A stretch of DNA of 64,000 bases. Source: Eubacterium sp. CAG:252 (lineage in GTDB: Bacteria; Bacillota; Clostridia; Lachnospirales; Lachnospiraceae). This document shows, in pieces, positions 30,001-38,470 of the stretch. Position numbers and translations under genes: made by a program. Location: NCBI GenBank assembly GCA_000436535.1, contig FR886343.1, positions 26,691 to 90,690 of the forward strand. The letters run 5' to 3'. The notes beneath the pieces are model-generated. The model searched no databases and was not told the DNA's origin. It was given only the letters and a program-made list of their open reading frames with translations. Numbering within the stretch: position 1 is the stretch's first letter; the number at the start of each line of letters is the position of its first letter.

Positions 30001-31500
30001 AATAAGCTTGGTTTTGATATACCGTTTGAAACTTTCCTTGGTTTTAAGGGAAATAAAGAGCCTGATATTGATCTTAATTTCTCTAATGAGTATCAGAGTA
30101 AGGCACATGCCTATACAGAGGTTATATTTGGCAAAGGACAGACTTTCAAGGCGGGAACTATTGGTACAGTTGCAGAAAAGACTGCTTACGGATATGTATT
30201 TAAGTATCTTGAAGAACGTGGAAAGGTAAAAAGAAGATGTGAGATAGAGCGTATCGCAAAGGGCTGTATTGATATAAGAAGGACAACAGGACAGCATCCA
30301 GGTGGAATAGTCGTGCTTCCTATCGGTGATGAAATACATTCATTTACACCGATACAGCATCCAGCCAACGATGTGAAGAGTGGTATTGTTACAACACACT
30401 TTGATTACCACAGCATCGACCATAACCTGTTAAAGCTGGATATATTAGGACATCTTGACCCTACTATGATTCGTATGCTGCAGGATCTTACGGGTATCGA
30501 CCCTCTTGAAATTCCGCTTGACTCAAAGGAGGTTATGTCACTTTTTAAGGATACATCGGCACTTGGCATAAAGCCGGAGGATATAGGCGGCTGTAAGCTT
30601 GGTGCGCTTGGCATACCTGAGTTTGGTACTGACTTTGCCATGCAGATGCTTATTGATACCAAGCCACAGTATTTTTCTGACCTTGTACGAATAGCAGGAC
30701 TTTCACATGGTACTGACGTATGGCTTGGCAATGCGCAGACACTTCTTAAGGAGGGCAAGGCTACTATATCGACAGCTATCTGTACAAGAGATGATATTAT
30801 GATATATCTTATCCAGAAGGGACTTGAGAGTGAGCTTGCATTTACTATTATGGAAAAGGTAAGAAAAGGTAAGGGACTTACACCTGAATGGGAGCAGATT
30901 ATGAAGGAACACGGCGTTCCTGACTGGTACATATGGTCGTGTAATAAAATTCAGTATATGTTCCCTAAGGCACATGCGGCGGCATATGTTATGATGGCGT
31001 GGCGCGTTGCTTACTGCAAGGTATTCTATCCACTTGCCTATTATTGTGCCTACTTTAGTATAAGGGCAGATGCCTTTGATTATGAAAAGATGGCTATGGG
31101 CAGGGAACGGCTTGAATATTATCTTGATATGTATAAATCTAAGAAAGCAGATGGAACTATCGAAAAGACTGAGCTTGATGAGTACAAGGATATGCGTATT
31201 GTCCAGGAAATGTATGCAAGAGGCTACGAGTTTACACCGATTGACATATATAAGGCGAAAGCAAGAAGCTTCCAGATAATAGACGGAAAGATAATGCCAT
31301 CCTTTAAGGTCGTATCCAAGATAGGTGAGTCGGCAGGTGAGTCTATAGAGATAGCGGCAAGGGACGGAAAGTTCTTATCAAAGGATGACTTAAGGCAGCG
31401 TGCCAGGATAGGTCAGACGGTTATCGAAAAGTTAAGTGAGTTGAAGCTGCTTGACGGAATGGCAGAGAGCAACCAGTTGTCTTTGTTTGATGTTATATAA
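27034..31500 (+). CDS. polC: DNA polymerase III PolC-type (Gram-positive replicative polymerase)
   Basis: 1488 aa; PHP domain, 3'-5' exonuclease domain (FVVFDLETTGF...HNAEFDMSF...HRAVDDA) inserted in PHP, zinc finger CPECYY...CPKCGH, and a polymerase core. Confidence 0.97.
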   Translation: MYKFLDVFRTLKLPDDIRVYMENVEVTKVSKTSTNSLARVYIKNDKVISKKIIYKVEDALKKQIFRIQNMDVRIIDRYRLSEQYTPQTIMDVYYDSILFELEKYWTLEYNLLKNSTWEFEKSDLLVLTLEDGFLARTYADNLTDYFKKIYLNRFGFEIDVEYRYSHKTESHYERENAHKLNLRVKQIEEQLQAATQNGEGDAKTVSEADKNKKRAEQKAKAAAFFSERGASGKDLTRYRKPANQDVLYGRDFNDEITAIDQLETPVGEVVINGMVMSVEPRQIRDERTILSIAVTDFTDSIIVKMFIKNEQLEDIYSFVKEGNFLKIKGIAAMDKFDQEITISNVSGIRKGTDNRSVRTDLALNKRVELHCHTKMSDMDGVSYASDIINQAIKWGHKAVAITDHGVVQAFTEAYHTMQKLWGKYEAKGEKLDFKVIYGVEAYLVDDTKKIVTNPKGQDFAGDFVVFDLETTGFSALVDKVIEIGAVKIRNGEIVDRFSTFVNPKVPISFRIENLTGISDQMVMGSKTIEEILPEFLEFCEGCVMVAHNAEFDMSFIINNAERQGLEFSPSYIDTVLLSQFLIPALHNYKLDTLTKHLNVVLDNHHRAVDDAEATAHIFLKLIKMLADRDIFTLDKLNEEGALDEESIKKLHQYHCIILAANEMGRINLYRLVSASHMKYFNRFPKIPKSLVNQYREGLIIGSACEAGELFRAMVNGRSDAEIARIVSFYDYLEVQPIGNNRFMIEKEDYYVKDEEDLRDLNRRVISLGEKFDKPVVATCDVHFLNPEDEIYRRIIMAGKGFDDADSQPPLYLHTTDEMLHEFDYLGSDKAYEIVVTNTNKIMDMCEEIIPVRPDKRPPVIENSDQMLRTICHNRAHEIYGPELPEIVTERLERELNSIISNGYSVMYIIAQKLVWKSNDDGYLVGSRGSVGSSFAATMAGITEVNPLSPHYLCPECYYVDFYSDDVKKFAGGAGCDMPDKLCPKCGHKLNKLGFDIPFETFLGFKGNKEPDIDLNFSNEYQSKAHAYTEVIFGKGQTFKAGTIGTVAEKTAYGYVFKYLEERGKVKRRCEIERIAKGCIDIRRTTGQHPGGIVVLPIGDEIHSFTPIQHPANDVKSGIVTTHFDYHSIDHNLLKLDILGHLDPTMIRMLQDLTGIDPLEIPLDSKEVMSLFKDTSALGIKPEDIGGCKLGALGIPEFGTDFAMQMLIDTKPQYFSDLVRIAGLSHGTDVWLGNAQTLLKEGKATISTAICTRDDIMIYLIQKGLESELAFTIMEKVRKGKGLTPEWEQIMKEHGVPDWYIWSCNKIQYMFPKAHAAAYVMMAWRVAYCKVFYPLAYYCAYFSIRADAFDYEKMAMGRERLEYYLDMYKSKKADGTIEKTELDEYKDMRIVQEMYARGYEFTPIDIYKAKARSFQIIDGKIMPSFKVVSKIGESAGESIEIAARDGKFLSKDDLRQRARIGQTVIEKLSELKLLDGMAESNQLSLFDVI

Positions 31501-31639
31501 TTTTGACCCGCTCCAATATGAGCATAAAAGTGGGGATAGTCCAACGATATGCGAATATTAGGTGGAATTGTGGGAGTACGTGGCACGGAACAATCCGTAG
31601 GTACCATAGGTGGATAAATGACCTTGTGACTCTGGTATC
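31501..31639. repeat. Copy A of a repeated structured intergenic element, about 110-nt conserved core
   Basis: The core at 31507-31613 is about 88% identical to 38537-38646 (copy B). It contains the nested inverted repeats CCAATAT...ATATTGG and GGATTGT...ACAATCC and the hairpin ACGG-aacaat-CCGT. It begins immediately after the polC stop codon. Confidence 0.6.
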
Positions 31640-31764
31640 TAATTTAAAGTATATTATGTTGCATATATTCATATATATGTGGTATATTGTGTAAGTTGCT
31701 GGTGTATCAATCTGTTTATACAGGTTGATATGCCTTTTGTATGAATAATATCATGAGGTGAAAA

Positions 31765-32241
31765 ATGTTAAAAAAGTATCTTATATGTTTTTTAGTATCT
31801 ATGGTACCTATTGTCGAGCTTAGAGGAGCTATTCCTATATCACAGGGTATGCAGCTTCCTTTGTTACAGTCTTATATAATATGTGTAATTGGTAATATGC
31901 TTCCAGTACCTGTTATATATTTTTTTGCAAGACGTGTTCTTGAATGGGGAGCTGACAAGAAGTATATTGGCAAGTTCTTCACTTTCTGTATTGAAAAAGG
32001 ACACAAGGGTGGAGAGAAGTTAAAGAAGAAGGCTGGTAACGGACTTTTTATAGCACTTCTTTTATTCGTTGGAATTCCAGTTCCAGGAACAGGTGCATGG
32101 ACAGGAACACTTGCAGCAAGCTTTCTTGATATGGGCTTTAAGAAGAGCGTAATCGCAGTTCTTGGCGGCGTGCTGCTTGCAGGAGTTATTATGGGACTTG
32201 CATCGGCGGGATTATTTACAGCACTGTTTAGTCTGTTTTAA
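31765..32241 (+). CDS. Small multidrug-export-like membrane protein (Sm_multidrug_ex/COG2426 family)
   Basis: 4 to 5 TM helices; N-terminal PIVELRGAIP motif typical of this family; RBS GAGGTG before the ATG. Confidence 0.65.
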   Translation: MLKKYLICFLVSMVPIVELRGAIPISQGMQLPLLQSYIICVIGNMLPVPVIYFFARRVLEWGADKKYIGKFFTFCIEKGHKGGEKLKKKAGNGLFIALLLFVGIPVPGTGAWTGTLAASFLDMGFKKSVIAVLGGVLLAGVIMGLASAGLFTALFSLF

Positions 32242-32299
32242 GACAAAGGGAAATTTGACAGAGCTATAATGAGTGATTGCGTTCAGGCATATTTGATGA

Positions 32300-32575
32300 A
32301 GAACGGACGACATAGAATAAGCGGATGCCTATAGCACAGACGGTATTCGACACCAGAAGATTTAATTTACGCGGGCAACGAGCTAAAGTCATATGCGGGC
32401 ATATGACCTTGGCGACTGCCTCGATAACAATAAGAAACACGTTATGCGGGTTTCTCATTATTGGTTATTTCTAAGACTTTTCATATAGGTATTAACTGCG
32501 ACCGCTACCGTTTGATACGGAACGTCCTGTCCCATACCGGGCTTCCACAGACATCCGCTTATTCTATGTCTGGCT
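32300..32575 (+). ncRNA. Candidate structured non-coding RNA or MITE-like element, class unknown
   Basis: It sits in a 600-nt ORF-free stretch. A perfect 19-bp helix forms between 32309-32328 (GACATAGAATAAGCGGATG) and 32552-32570 (CATCCGCTTATTCTATGTC) and encloses about 220 nt. Internal hairpins are GTCATATGC/GCATATGAC and CGTT-tgatacgg-AACG. GC content is higher than in the flanking DNA. Confidence 0.3.
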
Positions 32576-32764
32576 GTGATAAATTGTATTAATTATGATA
32601 AAGTTAGTTAATAAAAAGAGTTTTATATTGAAAATCTGTTACAAAAGCCTTGGGATTATGTGTTTTTTCGATATTATAAAACAGGTAAAACCCAGTATTT
32701 ATGCGGGTTCAGAAGAAAACTTCAATTTTTCTTCAAAATTTTTGAAAAAAATTGAAAAAAGTGC

Positions 32765-32799
32765 TTGACGGATTGGGTATTCAGGTGTATTATAATGAA
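32765..32799 (+). promoter_or_regulatory. Candidate sigma-A promoter for the tRNA-Glu gene (-35 TTGACG, 17-nt spacer, extended -10 TGtATTAT), with upstream A-tracts
   Basis: TTGACGgattgggtattcaggTGtATTAT lies about 40 nt upstream of the mature tRNA 5' end and is preceded by an A/T-rich UP-like element. Confidence 0.5.
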
Positions 32800-32839
32800 G
32801 TGCTCAGCGATAAGCGCTGACACAAAGTATTAAAGATAT

Positions 32840-32911
32840 GGCTTATTGGTCAAGTGGTTAAGACGTCGCCCTCTCACGGCGAAGACAGGGGTTCGACTCC
32901 CCTATAAGCTA
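32840..32911 (+). tRNA. tRNA-Glu (anticodon CUC)
   Basis: Manual cloverleaf: 7-bp acceptor stem with G1.U72, D arm with G18G19, anticodon stem TCGCC/GGCGA with loop CUCUCAC (anticodon CTC), T arm AGGGG-TTCGACT-CCCCT, discriminator A, no encoded CCA. The overall sequence closely resembles Firmicute tRNA-Glu. Confidence 0.85.
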
Positions 32912-32934
32912 TTCTGAGTTATATTCGACTGACA

Positions 32935-32967
32935 AGAGTGGGCATTGATGTCCACTCTTTCGTTTTT
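32935..32967 (+). terminator. Hairpin plus U-tract after the tRNA
   Basis: AGAGTGG-gcattgatgt-CCACTCT followed by TTCGTTTTT. Confidence 0.6.
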
Positions 32968-33048
32968 ATCCTGAAATATTTATCAGGGTCTGGCGGTATA
33001 GGCATATGTGAATGTGATTCAGTATCAAATTATAAGAAAGAGGTAGAC

Positions 33049-33513
33049 ATGGGTAAGAGAGAAGATTACGAGGCTAAGACGGAACAGCTTATAGCGCCTA
33101 TCATCGCTGCCAATCATGTGGAACTTTTTGATGTGGATTACATTAAGGAAGGTCAGGACTGGTACTTAAGAGTCTATATCGACAAAGAAGGCGGAGTCAC
33201 TATAGATGACTGTCAGGCGGTAAGCAGAGCTTTCAATGAGGTGCTGGATAAGGAGAATTATATTGCAGACCAGTATATATTTGAGGTGAGTTCTCCGGGA
33301 CTTACAAGACCTTTAAAGAAAGAAAAGGATTATGAAAAAAGTATAGGACGACTGTTAGACATTAAGCTTTATAAGCCTGTTGAGGGTAAGAAGGAATACG
33401 CGGGTATCCTTAAGGAATATAATAAGGATATTATTATTATAGAGTCTGATGATACACAGATAACTATTGAAAGAAGCAATCTTGCTATGATTAGATGGGC
33501 TTATGTAGACTAG
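33049..33513 (+). CDS. rimP: Ribosome maturation factor RimP
   Basis: The conserved RimP fold begins at MGKREDYEAKTEQL after RBS AAAGAGG; the track ORF is over-extended 5'. Directly upstream of nusA. Confidence 0.9.
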   Translation: MGKREDYEAKTEQLIAPIIAANHVELFDVDYIKEGQDWYLRVYIDKEGGVTIDDCQAVSRAFNEVLDKENYIADQYIFEVSSPGLTRPLKKEKDYEKSIGRLLDIKLYKPVEGKKEYAGILKEYNKDIIIIESDDTQITIERSNLAMIRWAYVD

Positions 33514-33573
33514 AAGCAGTTGATGGTGTGTATGTGAGTATAGTTTTAGATTAAATTATGGAGGATGATAAAG

Positions 33574-34809
33574 ATGAATAAGGATTTAATACTTGCGATT
33601 GAGGCTTTGGAAAAAGAAAATGGTATCAGCAAAGAGATTATGTTTGATGCTATTGAAAAGTCTTTAATGGATGAGTATAAGGCAGAATTTGATAAGGCTG
33701 ATAACGGAAGGGTATCACTTGACAGAATAACTGGAGATTTCCATATATATTCAGACAGAACAGTCGTTGAGAAGGTGGAAGTTCCAGAATTCAGAGAGAA
33801 TAAGAAGGAAAAGTATGTTTCTGGTACAGAGATAGCCTTAGAGGATGCAAGAAAGATTAAGCCGGGATGTCAGATAGGTGATGTTATCACTATCGAGGTT
33901 AAGTCTGAAGAGTTCTCAAGAAAGGCTGCAAAAAATGCAAAGAACACCATTGTACAGACAATAAGAGAACAGGAAAAAAATGCACTTTATAATGAGCTTC
34001 ATGATAAGGAAAGAGAAATTATTACAGGTGTAGTACAGAGAATTAACGATAATGGTGATATGACAATTGACATCGGAAGAACACAGGCGGTTCTTAAGGC
34101 TGATGATAAGTCAAGAGATAACAGCAGATTTAAGGATAAGGAATTCAAGCCAGGTGACAGAATAAAGGTATATGTTGTAAGTGTAAGCAACAGAGAAAGA
34201 AACGGACTTGGAATAAAGATATCAAGAAAGTCACCAGAATTCGTTAAGAAGTTATTTGAAGAAGAAGTAACTGAGATTAAGGATGGAACAGTTGAGATTA
34301 TGGCAATCGCAAGAGAAGCTGGTTCCAGAACTAAGATGGCAGTAAGAGCAAATGTTCCACACGTAGACCCAGTTGGCGCATGTGTTGGTATTAACGGCGC
34401 AAGAGTTAAGAATATTGTAAATGAACTTGGCAGCGAGCAGATAGATATCGTTGAGTGGGACAGCAATCCAGCACAGCTTATTGTTAATGCACTCAGCCCT
34501 GCAAAGGTTGTATCAGCAGTCGCTGATGAAGAAGAAAAGAAGGCTAAGATAATTGTATCTGAACAGCAGTTATCACTTGCTATCGGTAAGTCAGGACAGA
34601 ATGTAAGACTTGCAGCAAAGCTTACAGGATATGGTATAGATATAAAGAGCGAAGCAGATGCAGAGGAGTTTGAAGAAGAAACACAGGAAGCAGAGTCAGT
34701 ATATGACAATGAAGAGATAGCTGATAGTGATATTCAGGCTGAACAGGAAACATATCCAGAAGATGAAGAAGCAGATGCAGCCTCTGACACAGAAGTTGTA
34801 GAAGAATAA
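33574..34809 (+). CDS. nusA: Transcription termination/antitermination factor NusA
   Basis: N-terminal RNAP-binding domain, S1 domain, two KH domains (GxxG at IGKSGQNVRLA), and an acidic C-terminal tail; RBS GGAGG 9 nt before the ATG. Confidence 0.95.
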   Translation: MNKDLILAIEALEKENGISKEIMFDAIEKSLMDEYKAEFDKADNGRVSLDRITGDFHIYSDRTVVEKVEVPEFRENKKEKYVSGTEIALEDARKIKPGCQIGDVITIEVKSEEFSRKAAKNAKNTIVQTIREQEKNALYNELHDKEREIITGVVQRINDNGDMTIDIGRTQAVLKADDKSRDNSRFKDKEFKPGDRIKVYVVSVSNRERNGLGIKISRKSPEFVKKLFEEEVTEIKDGTVEIMAIAREAGSRTKMAVRANVPHVDPVGACVGINGARVKNIVNELGSEQIDIVEWDSNPAQLIVNALSPAKVVSAVADEEEKKAKIIVSEQQLSLAIGKSGQNVRLAAKLTGYGIDIKSEADAEEFEEETQEAESVYDNEEIADSDIQAEQETYPEDEEADAASDTEVVEE

Positions 34810-34828
34810 TATTTTTGGGAGTGATATT

Positions 34829-35101
34829 TTGGCAGCAGTAAAGAAGATTCCACAAAGACAATGTGTTGGTTGTAACCAGATGAAGAATAAGAAAGAACTT
34901 ATTCGTATCCTTAAAACACAGGATGAACAAATCATAATAGACACAACGGGAAAGAAGAACGGCAGAGGGGCTTATATATGTCCTGATGCAGAATGTCTTA
35001 AGAAGGCAAGAAAGTCAAAGGGACTTGAGAGAGCTTTCAAGATGGCGATTGACCCAGGTGTTTATGATGAGCTTGAAAAGGAGATGAGTAATCTTGAATA
35101 A
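34829..35101 (+). CDS. ylxR: YlxR/RnpM-family (DUF448) RNA-binding protein
   Basis: KKIPQRQCVGCNQMKNKKELIRI is the DUF448 signature; TTG start after GGGAG; position after nusA. Confidence 0.85.
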   Translation: MAAVKKIPQRQCVGCNQMKNKKELIRILKTQDEQIIIDTTGKKNGRGAYICPDAECLKKARKSKGLERAFKMAIDPGVYDELEKEMSNLE

Positions 35102-35396
35102 TAGCAGAGCATTATCAATGATAGGTCTTGCAATGAAGGCCGGAAAAGTTGCAAGCGGAGAGTTTTCAACAGAAAAGGCTGTAAAAGAGCATAAGGCATA
35201 TATGGTGATAGTAGCAGATGATTCATCTGATAATACCAAGAAGAACTTCAGAAATATGTGTGAGTACTATAAGGTTCCGGTGTATTTCTTTAGCAATAAA
35301 GAAGAGCTGGGACATGCGATAGGTAAAGAATTCAGGGCATCACTCGCAATCCTTGATGAAGGATTTAAAAATAGTATTGAAAAACATTTTAAGTAG
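35094..35396 (+). CDS. L7Ae-family ribosomal protein-like protein (YlxQ)
   Basis: LAMKAGKVASGEFSTEKAVKEHKAYMVIVADD matches the L7Ae/L30e fold; overlaps the ylxR stop; precedes infB. Confidence 0.8.
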   Translation: MNNSRALSMIGLAMKAGKVASGEFSTEKAVKEHKAYMVIVADDSSDNTKKNFRNMCEYYKVPVYFFSNKEELGHAIGKEFRASLAILDEGFKNSIEKHFK

Positions 35397-35476
35397 ATAT
35401 TAGTAACTATTGGTGTATAATAACATATGGGTGTGGCAGATAGTTAGTAACACTGGTATGTTGGAAAAGAGGTCAA

Positions 35477-38407
35477 ATGGCAAATATGAGAGTTCATGAA
35501 CTGGCAAAGGAATTAAATATTTCTTCAAAGGATATAACTGATATGCTTAGCAATAATGAAAAGAAATACACAGCGATGAGCGGACTTGGAGAAGCTGAGA
35601 TAAACAGCGTAAAAGGAAAGTTCAAGGCTAAGCCAGTTGCTAGTAACAATGCAGTAAAATCAGAACCTAAAAAGGCAGAAGAAAGAAACGTGAAAATACA
35701 GGAAAATAATAAAGTGGAAGAAAAGAAAGTAAATATAGAAAAGAAAGAACAGATAAAGTCAGAGGACGTTAAGGCATCAGCAGAAAAGAAGACATCTGCA
35801 CAGGATGGAGATAAGAAGCACATATCACAGGTATATTTCCCACAGAACAGCCAGAAGTCTGATAACAGAGAAAGAAATAATAACAGAAGAGACGGCAATA
35901 ACGGTAACTATAGAAATAACGACCGTAACAGAGACAACCGTGACAACAGGGATGGAAATAACGGCGGCTATAGAAATAATGACCGTAACAGAGATGGAAA
36001 CGGTGGTTATAGAAATAACGACCGTAACGGTTATGGAAACAGAGACAGCAGAGACGGAAACAACGGCGGCTATAGAAATAATGACCGTAACAGAGATGGA
36101 AACGGCGGTTACAGAAATAACGACCGTAACGGTTATGGAAACAGAGACAACAGAGACGGAAACAACGGCGGCTATAGAAATAATGACCGTAACAGAGATG
36201 GAAACGGTGGTTATAGAAATAATGACCGTAACGGCTATGGAAACAGAGATAACAGAGACGGAAACAACGGCGGCTATAGAAATAATGACCGTAACAGAGA
36301 TGGAAACGGTGGTTATAGAAATAACGACCGTAACGGTTATGGAAACAGAGACAGCAGAGACGGAAACAACGGCGGCTATAGAAATAATGACCGTAATGGA
36401 AACAACAGCCATCGTTCTGGCAGAGACGGTCAGGGTTTTGCAGGTGCAAGAAGAAATGACAGAACTTCTTCAGCACCTAAGGATGATTTCATATTTGAGA
36501 CAAAGCCGGATTCAAGAAGACCAGACTCAAGAAAGAATGACTCAAGAAAGAACGATAGAAAGAAGGATAATGAGGCAAAGGAAAATCTTAAGTTTGCTAA
36601 CAGCAAGCATGAGAAGAAGCCGGCTTCAAAGCAGGAAAAGAAGGAAGAAGAAACAATTAAGCAGCTTATCTTACCTGACAGCCTCACTATAAAGGAACTT
36701 GCTGATAAGATGAAGGTTCAGCCATCAGCTATCGTTAAGAAGTTATTCCTTCAGGGTAAGATTGTTACAATTAATCAGGAAGTGGATTATGATACAGCAG
36801 AAGAGATAGCACTTGAGTTTAACTGCATATGTGACCATGAGGTTAAGGTTGATGTTATTGCAGAACTCCTTAAGGAAGATGAAGAGTCAGAGGACGATAT
36901 GGTAGCAAGACCACCAGTTGTCTGCGTTATGGGTCACGTTGACCATGGTAAGACTTCACTTCTTGATGCAATCAGGGAAACACATGTAACAGACAAGGAA
37001 TCTGGTGGTATTACACAGAAGATTGGCGCTTACATGGTTGATGTAGACGGACAGAAGATTACATTCCTTGATACACCGGGTCATGAAGCGTTTACAGCTA
37101 TGCGTATGCGTGGTGCACAGGCTACAGATATCGCTATTCTTGTAGTAGCAGCCGATGATGGTGTCATGCCACAGACTATTGAGGCTATTAACCATGCCAA
37201 GGCAGCAGGTGTTGAGATTATCGTTGCTGTTAATAAGATTGATAAGCCTAATGCTAATATCGAGAAGGTTAAGCAGGAGCTTACAGAGTATGAACTTATC
37301 GCAGAAGACTGGGGTGGTTCTACTACATTTGTTCCAGTATCAGCACATACTAAGGAAGGTATAGATGAACTTCTTGAAATGATTCTTCTTACAGCTGAGG
37401 TTAATGAATTAAAGGCTAATCCTAACCGTAAGGCAAGAGGTATCGTAATTGAGGCTGAGCTTGATAAGGGACGTGGTCCTGTAGCTACAATACTTGTACA
37501 GAAGGGTACATTAAAAGTTGGTGATGCAGTTGCCGCTGGTTCATGCTATGGTAAGATAAGAGCCATGATAGATGATAAGGGAAGAAGAGTTAAGGAAGCT
37601 ACACCTTCTATGCCAGTTGAGATACTTGGTCTTAATGATGTACCTAATGCCGGTGAGATTATTATGGCTACAGACAACGAAAAGGAAGCAAGAAATATTG
37701 CTGATACATTTATCGCTGAAGGTAAGAAGAAGCTTCTTGATGATACAAAGCATAAGGTATCGCTTGACGCATTATTCGAGCAGATTCAGGCTGGTAATAT
37801 GAAGGAACTTGACCTTATCATAAAGGCAGATGTACAGGGTTCAGTAGAGGCAGTTAAGCAGAGTCTTGTAAAGCTTTCTAATGAAGAGGTTATCGTTAAG
37901 GTTATCCATGGCGGTGTTGGTAATATCAACGAGTCCGATGTAGTTTTAGCATCAGCTTCTAACGCTATTATCATCGGTTTCAACGTAAAGCCGGATAATC
38001 AGGCAAGAATAGTAGCTGAGAGAGAAAAGGTTGACTTAAGACTTTACAGCGTTATTTACAATGCTATCGAGGATGTTGAAGCAGCTCTTAAGGGTATGCT
38101 TGAGCCTATATATGAGGAAAAGATTATCGGTCATGCTGAAATCAGACAGATATTCAAGGCTTCTGGTGTTGGTAACATCGCAGGTGCTATCGTTACAGAA
38201 GGTAGAATGACTAAGGATTCTATTGTAAGAATTACGAGAGATAAAGAGCAGATCTATGAAGGACCTATCGCAACACTTAAGCATTTCAAGGATGATGTCA
38301 AGGAAGTTAAGGCGGGTTCTGAGTGTGGTATGGTATTCGAGAACTTCGGACAGATTCAGGAGGGCGATCTTGTAGAAGCCCACATTATGGTAGAAGTACC
38401 AAGATAA
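35477..38407 (+). CDS. infB: Translation initiation factor IF-2, with a repetitive low-complexity N-terminal region
   Basis: N-terminal [20 protein letters not shown]; G-domain motifs [17 protein letters not shown] and NKID; a C-terminal beta-barrel domain. The N-terminal region carries a tandem R/N/D/G/Y-rich repeat. Confidence 0.97.
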   Translation: MANMRVHELAKELNISSKDITDMLSNNEKKYTAMSGLGEAEINSVKGKFKAKPVASNNAVKSEPKKAEERNVKIQENNKVEEKKVNIEKKEQIKSEDVKASAEKKTSAQDGDKKHISQVYFPQNSQKSDNRERNNNRRDGNNGNYRNNDRNRDNRDNRDGNNGGYRNNDRNRDGNGGYRNNDRNGYGNRDSRDGNNGGYRNNDRNRDGNGGYRNNDRNGYGNRDNRDGNNGGYRNNDRNRDGNGGYRNNDRNGYGNRDNRDGNNGGYRNNDRNRDGNGGYRNNDRNGYGNRDSRDGNNGGYRNNDRNGNNSHRSGRDGQGFAGARRNDRTSSAPKDDFIFETKPDSRRPDSRKNDSRKNDRKKDNEAKENLKFANSKHEKKPASKQEKKEEETIKQLILPDSLTIKELADKMKVQPSAIVKKLFLQGKIVTINQEVDYDTAEEIALEFNCICDHEVKVDVIAELLKEDEESEDDMVARPPVVCVMGHVDHGKTSLLDAIRETHVTDKESGGITQKIGAYMVDVDGQKITFLDTPGHEAFTAMRMRGAQATDIAILVVAADDGVMPQTIEAINHAKAAGVEIIVAVNKIDKPNANIEKVKQELTEYELIAEDWGGSTTFVPVSAHTKEGIDELLEMILLTAEVNELKANPNRKARGIVIEAELDKGRGPVATILVQKGTLKVGDAVAAGSCYGKIRAMIDDKGRRVKEATPSMPVEILGLNDVPNAGEIIMATDNEKEARNIADTFIAEGKKKLLDDTKHKVSLDALFEQIQAGNMKELDLIIKADVQGSVEAVKQSLVKLSNEEVIVKVIHGGVGNINESDVVLASASNAIIIGFNVKPDNQARIVAEREKVDLRLYSVIYNAIEDVEAALKGMLEPIYEEKIIGHAEIRQIFKASGVGNIAGAIVTEGRMTKDSIVRITRDKEQIYEGPIATLKHFKDDVKEVKAGSECGMVFENFGQIQEGDLVEAHIMVEVPR
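35861..36420 (+). repeat. Intragenic tandem repeat in infB, 102-bp period, about 5 copies
   Basis: GGCGGCTATAGAAATAATGACCGTAACAGAGATGGAAAC... recurs at 35963, 36065, 36167, 36269 and 36371, exactly 102 bp apart. Copies 1 and 4 are identical; copies 2 and 3 differ only at about 5 mostly synonymous positions. The 34-aa unit is [28 protein letters not shown](S/N)RDGNN. Confidence 0.9.
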
Positions 38408-38429
38408 AAGCAAAGTTAACATATTCAAA

Positions 38430-38460
38430 GTATCCGGAGTATATGTGTCCGGATACTTTA
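38430..38460 (+). terminator. Hairpin after infB with a weak U-tract
   Basis: GTATCCGGA-gtatatgtg-TCCGGATAC followed by TTTAATGTT. Confidence 0.5.
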
Positions 38461-38470
38461 ATGTTACAAA

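Noticed and set aside
31503-31694. 63-codon ORF starting inside repeat copy A (MSIKVGIVQRYANIRW...)
   Set aside because: The homologous position in copy B (ATGAGCATAAAAGTGGGATGA) stops after 6 codons, so the reading frame is not conserved. There is no RBS either. The element is more likely RNA or structural.
32264-32458. 64-codon minus-strand ORF within the ORF-free region upstream of the tRNA
   Set aside because: It has no RBS and no recognisable motifs, and it lies inside the stem-closed candidate RNA region. It is treated as non-coding.
32300-32575. Tested whether the stem-closed region is tmRNA, RNase P RNA, SRP RNA or 6S RNA
   Set aside because: tmRNA lacks the 5' GGGG-N-UUCGAC and 3' tRNA-like CCA end. 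The RNase P conserved AGGAAAGUCCGGGCUCC and ACAGAANCCGGCUUA blocks are absent in the right order. No SRP domain IV sequence was found. The 260-nt span is too long for 6S. The class is left open.
35769-36692. Long ORFs on both strands (35769-36476 -, 35825-36412 -, 35805-36692 +) overlapping infB
   Set aside because: They lie entirely within the 102-bp tandem repeat array. Their repetitive translations (ITTVTVME..., [13 protein letters not shown]...) are artefacts of the repeat periodicity. infB in the + frame has all the IF-2 motifs.
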